From assembly GCA_000934665.2 (NCBI GenBank), contig KZ539130.1, positions 1-59,964 on the forward strand: a stretch of 59,964 bases of DNA, in the 5' to 3' direction. Below, in pieces: positions 50,151 through 59,964 of this stretch. Source of the DNA: Catajapyx aquilonaris. Lineage: Eukaryota. A program made the translations under genes and the position numbers. Under the pieces are notes generated by a model, which did not search any database, had not been told where the DNA came from, and saw only the letters and a list, made by a program, of their open reading frames with translations. Positions within the stretch are counted from its first letter, which is position 1. Every line of letters starts with the position of its first letter.

Positions 50151-50979
50151 CACAACCTTCCCAAAACTGGAATTTCTTGATCATAATTCCTTCGATTTTG
50201 TTTTGCACATGAAATGTATTGGTGGTGATGATGTCTTGAAGCCGTCTGCTTCATTTGTTGAGACTCGAAAAATGTTAGGCCAGGTAGATCAGCCTGCACA
50301 GGCAGAGTTTATTTTCAAATCCTTCACAACATCAGAAAGTTCAGCGGTACTAGAATTGAACCAGATATTACGAAAAGGACTTAACTTCACTTTTTGAAAT
50401 TTTCGAGTTATTACCGCCATGTTGCTTCTTGAGTTTCAACGTGTGTGCTGAATGGAAATGGCAGCAATCAGAAAATGCATCTGCATATTATAATAAATCT
50501 TCACTAACATAATAATAGCAAAAAGAAAGATGGGAATATGTAGAACCATTATTTGTCTTTTGCAGAAGTTGGTTCATTCTTGTTGAATCAGAATATTATA
50601 GTTCCCACAAATGTATAGACTGGACGCCATTGCACGATATCTTTCACGTACCCCCAAAATTGTGTTCACATACCCCCAGGGGTACGCGTACTCCAGTTTG
50701 AAAACCACTGCTCTAGAGTCTAGTCCACACTGGAGAATGCTCAAACATGCTGTTCCACTTGAATTTATTGCTGGAGACTGACGCGCAACAATGCCTAACT
50801 TCACATGGCAGTCCTTACGCAGCACGTGAGAAGGAATGACATTCCCATATGCTGACCATGATGGAATGCTGTCTATAGTGTCACTTGAGTGGAGACCACT
50901 GATTAAGATAAACTGCATTATCCAAGCTGTCATTTTGTTTAGGTCAATGTAGCTTATGTTAAATAATGTTTTCCAAAGA

Positions 50980-50982
<3 letters not shown>

Positions 50983-51057
<75 letters not shown>
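50983..51057. repeat. (TA)n microsatellite
   Basis: Visible dinucleotide run. Confidence 0.95.
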
Positions 51058-51061
<4 letters not shown>

Positions 51062-51069
51062 TCTATTTA

Positions 51070-51420
51070 AGGGGAGACTGAGTGGCGCCGCAGTAACGTG
51101 CGCGCCCACGGATGTTAAGGTCCTGGGTTCGATCCCAGCCCGGGGACACCCCCTTCATCTCGTGCAGAGTTTAGGGCCATCTCTGACTTCGTCTCGGGTG
51201 GTATTTCCTATAGACTAAACCACCCAGGGGAGCTCACAAAATGACCACATATGTCATTGCACTGCACTTGCACATCCCCTCCTGTCATCCTCCCTATCGC
51301 TCGCGGTACCCAGGCGTTACGGCAAAAGGACCAACTGTATCAAGCTTGTACAAATTTAAGCATAAATAAAGGTACTGTGCCGATGCCCTAGGGCGGTGCA
51401 CTAAAACCCAATTATTATTA
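51070..51420 (+). mobile_element. SINE family C copy
   Basis: Head and core match 17400-17631 (reverse complement); flanked by TTTTCTATTT direct repeats. Confidence 0.8.
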
Positions 51421-51709
51421 TTCTATTTTTTCTATTTCTCTTAGCAAGGAAAGTTTCGTTTTTAGATGAGAAATGTTTTTATTATATGTTATTATTTGAA
51501 GTTAATTGAAGCATTAACTTGAAAGGATATTATTGCCCTTCCCTCGTCAGCATTCATTTTCATTTGTTGTCGATAAAACAAATATTGTTAGCCTATTCAA
51601 GTCAAGGAGATTAAATTCCAATATTAAGGGCAATGATTGCAAAGTTTATTGTTTCAATTGATGCTATTGATGTTACAGTTGGGTGAATTTGACATCACTT
51701 TTGTTGAGA

Positions 51710-53271
51710 TTACACTTCGTCGTGAGTGACCTGAGGCTGGAAGTCTGGTTTTGCAGCATTGGTTATGGCCTTTCCGTACAAGTCCAGGCGCTGGGTCATC
51801 TAAAATGAATAAAATAGTTAATAAATTTGTTAATTTTATGTAGCAGAAGTTGGACTAACCCTGAATCCCCATTTGTCCCTGGACTGCCTGCACAAGTTCA
51901 GGTCCACTTCGCTGATCAGAAGTCCGTCGCGAACACGAGACAAGCCCTGATAACACAAGGAAGTCATAATGAGTTCATTGGCATTATCTAGAACCTTATG
52001 CAATGGATAATAAATTATATACAGGGCTGCGGCTTCCGTCCGGTGCAGCAAAATAGGTGGACCCATAGAAATGTCCAAAATCGTTATGGGCAGGCTTTCC
52101 GTCTCCAGAGTTGAACTCCGTGGGGAAGACCTCGGTACCAATACGGTTGATTCCGCAAGTAAAGTAGCTGTTAGCAATAGCAGCATTACGAGCCTCGATG
52201 CCCCACATAGGCTCACTAAAAAAGGAAGTCATCTATAGTTATGCCACACTTATAAAACCTACTATGCAGACTTACCTGAGAGATACAGTGGTGCAGGATG
52301 GGTTGAAGACGATCTCGGCCCCATTGAGGCCATACATCATCCAGTTCTGGGGATGGTGTCGGCCATAGCATATGTTGATGGCTACCTTCCCAAACTGGGT
52401 CTGGAAAACCGGATGTCCCAGAGTGGACTCCATGTAGTAATGGGACTCGTTGTAGTCGCCCTTCCTGGGGATGTGGTTTTTGCGGCTCTTCCCGAGCACC
52501 TTGCCTGTGTTGGAAATGACAACAGCACAGTTCCACAGCACCTCACCATGAGTAGCATCTCGCTCCAGGATGGGGGAAATGATGACCATGTTGTAGCGCT
52601 GGGCCAGCTTCTGCACCAATTTCGTGGTGGGGCCATCTTCGGCAGATTCAGCAAATTCGGTCCAGGGAAGGCGCTCGCGAGTGCAGAAAGCGAATGGCAT
52701 CACTATAGGAGAAAAAATTGAAAATTAAGCTTCTGAGGGGTTGGTGGATTCACCCATTTCTGGAACTTGACTTACTCCAGGCTTCTTGCAGGCAGAGGAT
52801 GTTGACGCCGCAAAGATGAGCTGCATGAATGATATCTGCCAGGCGCCGGTGAAGAGCCTCTCTTTGTTCGTTCACTGGAGCCGTAGTGGGCAAGACAATC
52901 TTGTTCTGAATGGCAGCAACCCTCACAATCCTACCAAAAGCAAGTTCATGAACTCATTGCTAGTAACAACAACATTTTACCAAATCTCACCTGGGTTGGC
53001 GAACGCTTTCCTTCTCAGCTCCGCACTTGAAGGCCTTCAATTCAAAGTTCTTCTCCTCGGCCAGTTTCTGAGCCTCTTTTGAAATATCCAGTGGTCTGCA
53101 GTGTTATAACCAATGTTTAAGCCAACATGAACAACTATCGGAGTTTGACTAAAATACTCACGTCCATGATTCCCCATACAGGATTCGCTTGACTTCCTTC
53201 AGCTCCTCCTGAGGCAAGTGCTTTTCCAGAGTCAACTCCAAGCTCTCCATTTGCTCCGTAACACTATCCAT
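51710..53271 (-). CDS. UPB1: Beta-ureidopropionase, copy B, 388 aa (possible 24-aa N-terminal extension from exon 53390-53464)
   Basis: Seven exons: 53162-53271, 52991-53095, 52776-52930, 52276-52702, 52023-52215, 51860-51946, 51710-51799 (1167 nt). Exons 2-7 have the same sizes as in copy A (105/155/427/193/87/90). Catalytic E-K-C motifs are intact. AATAAA at 51645-51650 on the minus strand. Confidence 0.95.
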
Positions 53272-53838
53272 TTTTGGCTCTTCGGGACTGGCTGAGGACT
53301 ACAGATTCTCATTACTTATTTAAATCTAACAGCTAAATATGGACTAATGGAGACGAAAGGATGAGGCCACGCCATGCCTTATTCCTTACCCCGATCAGAG
53401 ATGAGAACCAACCATCGGCGGTGTTGCTACTCATCCTTTCGTCTCCCTCCCGGTACGACTGAACCTAGCAGCACAAAAAAATGCATCAACATAGATACAA
53501 TTACATATCCCTGTAACGTACAAGTAATGCAGAGTGAAATCTACACTGATAGTACATTAGAAATTCTGTCCTTTTAATGCAGGTGTCCTCTCAACCCAAA
53601 TGTTATCATATCGAATAATTTTCAAGAAAATAAATCATCAGAAATTATGCTAATGAAGATAGGGTTATTGACAAAACTGAATTAAAAGCAAAAGAAATTT
53701 GCAAATATTAACAGTTAACCTATCAGTTACTGTTGCCCTAAATAAGGAAATTACGAATAGAGCTTGGAATATTTTGCCCTGCTACATTTTAGCAGATTAG
53801 TTAAGTCAGTATAGCAGGTACCGTAAATAGAACGTTAC

Positions 53839-53897
53839 CTTTCAAGTAAGAGTCACGAGAACTGACTCCGAAGTACTCCTCGAGTTCTCCTTTTATT
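53839..53897 (-). promoter_or_regulatory. Core promoter and first non-coding exon of UPB1 copy B
   Basis: Perfect insect Inr TCAGTT at 53860-53865, TATA-like AATAAAA at 53891-53897, donor AAG|GTAACG at 53839/53838. Confidence 0.5.
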
Positions 53898-56319
53898 GTG
53901 AGTCCTATCTCAACCTTAGTTGCTGACCCATGGATGGTTATCATCATGGTTATCATCATCAGGTCCATGCGTGAACACTCATCAGCACTGGCATAGGTTG
54001 TTCTCACAAGTCATCCCAAAAAGGAGTATAGAAGGTTGATGTTGTTGGGGGAGGGAGGTAAGTGTGGAAGGGAAAGGGTTTGGATCAAGAGCATGACCTG
54101 GTTGACTAGATAAACATTTTAGACCTTGGGAGAAAATTGGATAAATGTCAAGTGGACTTGAGAGTGCCAATTCCTCTGAATTTGGCAGCTGCTGGCTATT
54201 GGGGCAGATCATGGTTGAAGGAAAATGATTGGGGATTACGTAATTCCATAATTCTTGCCAAGTTGAAAATTATTATCTGGATGGATCATATAAAAATACT
54301 GAATTGTTTTCATTGACACTACCACATCTACTAATAAGTGACCAAAAACTTGGCCAAACATATTGAGCATATTGAATATTATTTTGTTTTCCGTCCAGTA
54401 CAGACCCAGTCCCAAACTTATTTTTTGCTATTTGAAATAAGTATCTGTGTGGTGAAAATCCGAAAAAAATTCATGATTGATTCCGCAATGAGCTGTACAG
54501 GTTGAGACAATGGATGCAAATGATACTGTTTACACAGGTTAATATACAGTAAAACCTAGATATAATCCTCCCGCATATAACGCTTCCTGCTTTTAACACC
54601 CCTTTTTTCCGGTCCCGTGATCATTTCCATAAGGTAAATTTTCCCAAGTATAATGCTATCCCGCTTATAACGCTACTTGTGGGCGGTCCCTTGAAGAGTG
54701 TTATATCGAGGTTTCACTGTACTAATAGTTTTGCCCAACGGCTATGTATTATTCCAGACACATCAAAAGGATATCAAATGTAAGGTGTCCCATAGGTTAT
54801 CTGTCTCTAAATGCCTCCCAGAAATCCCCTCAAAATTGTGTGTTTAAGTAATAAGCAATCATGTTAAGGAAATTGTAACTATTCTGTGTTTAAAACAATT
54901 CACCATAATACAGTAGTTTAAAGACAAGAATTCTCACATCAATCTTACTCTCCTTGTAGTGTCATTCGTTTTCTAAGTTTTATTTTACTTTTGTCGCCCA
55001 CTATATGCTGAGGGGCCTTTGTTCAGTTGAACTGTCTGAACTACACCCTAGCTTCGAGGCTTAATATCCGAAATTATGACAACAGTATATGTTTGACCTG
55101 ACCACGTCCCACAAATAATGTACTTTCTCTTCATGAAAGTGAAGGACCACTCAAGGTTTGGTGTGAGCACTGATAACTGTTAGGACATCATGCTAATAAT
55201 ATCTGGGGTAAAAGTGCAAATAAATATTATATTTTCATTGCCTGCTCCTTGAGTTGTGAATATCCTGGTTTGAAAGTTGCTATATTGCATATTCCAGTTT
55301 GACTTTGCCAGTATCCTCTCAGGGTATGGTAGAAATTATCGTGAACCACAAAACATGTGGTGTATGGAGGAAAGACAGTAGGCCTATGCGCATTCAACCG
55401 GCCAATATTTATTATGAAGTCGGTTCTGAGATAATAATATCATAGCCCACGAAAAGACCCATGGCGTAGCTTTGACCCATGTGAACAAGATAATAATTAT
55501 GGGGTAGCACGTATCCAGTACAAACCAGTAGCATGTTTTTCTCGCCTTTCTAACTAGACAAGATAGGATGGCTGAGACAGACGATGACTGACCATAGTTG
55601 TTTCTGCAATTCCAAGCTGATGACATTGACACGAGTTGCAGTTCTCAACCTCCCTTGTCATAGTACTTGTTATACATATACCCTACGCCGCATTTCCAAT
55701 TACTCAAAGTTGTGAACTTGTTTATGAGGCCATGCAAAGTGAAGAATGTGATTCTTGCCAATTGCAATAGATGCACAGCAGGCTTTCTTGAGAGTGCAAA
55801 ATGCACTTGAATAATAATAACAAATAAGCCCCGTCAAAAAAAATGTCTGTAAAAGTCATCATGCAACATGATGATATACCGTATATATTTAAGTACCACT
55901 GGACACAAACCCCATGTTGATCTAACAATTTTTCGAACTGTAGAAGCAGATTTTGTAAGACAGTGTCGACGAGCATACTCGCCGCAAAGCATATCCGTCT
56001 GTCGCTTGGTCACTTTATAGTACCTCACCTCGAAAAACTATCTGGAAGTTGCAAAACAAAAGAAGTTTACATGCTGCGAGTTATGGACCATGGTAGGGCC
56101 AGTAGGGGTGCTAAGATAAGCCACACATTAACTCTGAGAGACTGTCAGTTATAACTATATTTCCCACTGTGAACTACCATTTGCATACATCATTCTCTAA
56201 CAATTCAGGTGGAACGTTTCTGACCATTTTCAAAACAGTCCAGGCGATGGTCCAGATCCTGCATTGAGTAACCTTTACTTGTGTCTCCATTTCCAGAAAC
56301 TTTTTGGGAGGACAGAATA

Positions 56320-57627
56320 GGCCTGCACGATTTTTCTTACTAGTATGTCACCAGTGGAGACTACGCATTGGCCCAAAACAAATCAAAAATGTAGGGGGAA
56401 GAAATGTCTAGGAACCAACCGGCAACAAAGTAGACAACCTGACGCATTGGCCGACCCCTACACACACGCGGTAACACAGGTGACACCTTTTTGTGACCCA
56501 GCAGTGGTTGGGGGCCGTCCATAATCTGCGCGGACAAGTGAAGGGGGGGAGGGGAGTTGCACTTTGTCCGCTTTTGTCCGTACAGGGGAGTGGGGGTAGA
56601 AGTATGTTGTACGCGTGGACAATAAACGTCAAATTAATATGAAGGACTTGGCCGTTTTTTAGTCAGACCCGTCAAATATACCAAATTTGTCAAATTTGTG
56701 TGCAGATATCAAAAAATACAAATACAAATGTAGGCCTGTTGAAAATAACACTTTCATGGGGAGGTGAAGTGGTGCTGTGGTAATGCTCGCGCCCACGGAT
56801 ATTAAGGTCCCGGGTTCGATCCCCACCCGGGGTTCCCACCTTTATCCGTGCAGAGTTGGGCCATCTCTGGCTTCATTTCGGGTGGCAATTTCCGACAGAC
56901 TAAGCCACCCGGGGGAGCTCACAAAATGACCATTAGAGACATTGCACTTGCACTTTGCACATCCCTTGCACATTAATTAAGATCTTCTTATATGGCTCTA
57001 ATTTTCGATGGTGGTAATCCACCCCCCTAAAGGATATGGTAAATCCCAATGGGGTAATGCAAAAAACAACAACAACAACAACAACAACAACATACACACA
57101 CTTTCAGTGTGGTGAAAGGGGGGGGGGGGTCAAGGAGGCCATGTCAGCGCAATTTTTAGGGGGGGAGGTAAGATATTGTCCGCTTCTGTCCGCAAAGGGA
57201 AGGGAGGGAGGGAGGTAAAGAAATGAAAAAATATGTCCGCGTGGATTATGGACGGCCCCTTGCCTAGGGAGCAGGGTATGAATGTGATAATCATCATTAT
57301 TGATGAGATTTAGTGAGGTTGCCTCTTTCTTCGCAGTAATGATTATTGCCTGATTAACCGAAGCAGTTTGGAGGAGGGGATATGGTGTCCGACTGCTAAT
57401 TGGGAGGTCCTGGGATCAAATCCCGGTGCCAGCAACTCTGATGGTGGTTTTCTGTGGTTTCCCACGGTCCTTCCAGGAAAATTGCAGAGTTGCTTCTGTA
57501 ATTAATAGGCCACAACCGCTTCCTTCCGTCCCTATCCTATCCCAAAGAGCACAGTAAAATGAAAAGCAGAGTTCCAGGCAAAACGAACTTCCCCCCTAAA
57601 GAGCCGGTAGCTGATAAGTACGGGGTA

Positions 57628-57692
<65 letters not shown>

Positions 57693-57998
57693 TCATACCC
57701 CGTTATCAGCCAGCGGTTCTTTAGGGGGAGAGTTCATCCCAATTTTGTTTTGACTGGAACTCTTTGCTTTCATTTTTACTTTGCTTTTTGGGATAGGATA
57801 GGGACGGAAAGAAGCGGCTGTGGCCTAATTATTTAGGAAGCAATCCCGGAATTCTCCTGGGGGGACCGTGGGAAACCACAGAAAACCACGGTTAGGATTG
57901 CCGGCCCCGGGATTTGATCCCAGGACCTCCCGATTAGCAGTCGAACACCTTATCCACTCCACCAAACTGCTTCGGTGTTGTTGTTGTTGTTGTTGTTG

Positions 57999-58078
<80 letters not shown>

Positions 58079-58350
58079 GGCTGATTATGATTATATCATG
58101 CTCCCTAGGCAACTATTGTATAAATTGAGCTGGTCCATCTGCCAGGTGATCTCCCTAAAACCCCCTAAACCCCCCCTAAAATCCCCCTAAGCACATGTGG
58201 CGACACACACGGCATGTGTGTTGCCACGTGTGTTTAGGGGCAGGCCAATTTGTCAGGTTGTCTACTTTGTTGCTGGTTGGTTCCTCGACATTTCTGCCCC
58301 CTACATTTTTTATTAGTTTTTGGCCAACGAGTAGCCTACACTGCCGGCCA
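56320..58350. mobile_element. Nested repeat stack: CAGGGTG-family MITE containing a GGGGCC element (56511-57259, itself holding SINE C) and an inverted SINE B pair (57358-58078)
   Basis: Matching inverted arms at 56330-56480 and 58200-58350; the inner termini and SINE B boxes are visible. Confidence 0.7.
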
Positions 58351-59172
58351 GATGAGGTATGACACCCTGTAAATATACTGACGAAGAGACAACAAAATAG
58401 GCCAATTGGGAACTACTTATTTGATAAAACTTGTCAAAAATACAGTATATGCATCTGATGATCTGCACCAAATATATATAGTTTACCTAATTGTTACAGT
58501 ACAGGTCCAACTTTCAAAAGTTATTACTGATGTAATCTGCATGACTGAAAAAGGAACTCTGATATTGAGTAAGTTACTTTAATTAACTCTACTACATTTT
58601 GTAACATCGCAGATGATGTTGAATAACATCTCATAAACTGCATTGGAATGTTCTATTATCTGCCAAAGGGAATGTGTAGTTATCGATTTTATTGGCCACT
58701 AACTATGAGACTCACCCAAAAAATCATCGCAAAAGTACCCTCGAAAGATACGTGTCATTTATTATCACTGACCTGCTTGTTTTAATGACATTTTGCCATA
58801 TTTATTATCAGTCAGTTTATTATCAGAATTAACTTATGCCCTTTTTTACATAATATTTGATATATGCATATATCATATGTCAAATATAAATGCTGACTTT
58901 CCATTGGTGGTCACCCGGGTTTCCAGATAATAAGAGACCGATCCGGGCCATTACCAGAGATATGAAGGTGAGTTGACTTCCTTTCCATTTGGTAAGCTAT
59001 GTATTTATTGGTACAGCCTATATAGATATTATATTACAACTTGCATAATCTGCAACAGGAGGCTACACACTGTACGACCTTATACATATTTTTAAAAATA
59101 GCTTAACTATGTTGTATGCAAATGTTATTTAATACACACTTATCACACTATTATTTTATCCTCTTCTGAATT

Positions 59173-59964
59173 GAGTCATTCCATGCGAAATGGGCCAGGG
59201 TGGTTGCTCGACCATCTAGTTAATTTTTTATATTTTCACCATAGGTGGCCTTGATATTGACTTGCTCAAAACTATTTTTGTTAATTTTTTATCTGCCACC
59301 ATGTTGGATTTACACCCATTTTTTTTCACCGCGGCGAGTAAAAACGAGCGCTTGCAAGGGTTCTGAAAAAAGGCTACTGTTTGATGTATATTCAAGATAG
59401 GGTGTTCTGGTTTTCACTTTCTGAAAGTAGAGGTCTTGGCCTTTCAGAATATGTACATACATGTAGGATAAAACTTTGGAAACTGGGACTGTAATGGTCT
59501 TACATATAGCCTTCGAAATGATAAATTTTGCCATTTTCAAATGCCTGTAAAATCAAAGAGGCTTGAAACAACAGGATGTAATTTTTTTTTTCAAGAACTC
59601 CGACTGGGAGGAGATCCAGCCATAGTGAAATAAATCCGGGGTTGTAAGCCCTTCCGGCCGATTTTTAGGTTCGAAGTTGGGAAAATTCCGAAAATTCCCG
59701 AAATTTGCGAATTTCAAAGTCAAATATCTCAGAAGGTGGTATTTTTAAAAATTTGAAATTTTGGCCATGGATGCTCCTACCAGTACTCAGTAAAACCACA
59801 TGAATTTCATTTTGGACTTTTCATCGATGTTCAAGTTACAGGGTGTCAAATATCTCTAAAAACGACTATGTGAAAACACGTCTATCTTAGGCTTAAAATG
59901 GTCTCATTTCCGTTATTTTATAATCTAATGATTTTATAATGGTAAATATAATTTAACAGCCTAG
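59173..59964. mobile_element. Left end of a probable TIR element (GAG terminus after AATT, Sola-like), running off the window
   Basis: AATT-GAGTCATTCCATGCGAAA start followed by AT-rich repeat-like sequence. The right TIR is not in the window. Confidence 0.35.

Overview
Eukaryotic, repeat-rich window, probably arthropod (GT-AG introns, many 55-90 nt introns, insect-type TATA/Inr promoters, one short assembly gap). I reconstructed spliced gene models by hand from splice sites and reading phase. Minus strand: the 5' part of a KLHDC3 gene (runs off the left edge), a complete RABGGTA gene (about 595 aa) and two intact tandem beta-ureidopropionase (UPB1/pyd3) paralogues with identical coding exon structure. 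Plus strand: a frameshifted, intron-retaining importin-alpha pseudogene abutting a CACTA/EnSpm transposase fragment, and, between the two UPB1 copies, a five-exon gene (about 454 aa) that resembles the ARM-like plus PH/Spt16M-like N-terminal module of the meiotic axis protein SYCP2 but appears to lack the C-terminal coiled coil. The right-hand UPB1 copy has an optional upstream exon that would add a 24-aa N-terminal extension; its AUG is buried in a perfect 17-bp exon-intron duplex. Introns and intergenic DNA are packed with fold-back MITEs (Tc1/mariner, pogo, hAT, piggyBac, Kolobok, PIF-like, Sola-like, Ginger-like) and tRNA-derived SINEs, often nested. All homology calls rest on remembered motifs; no database search was run.
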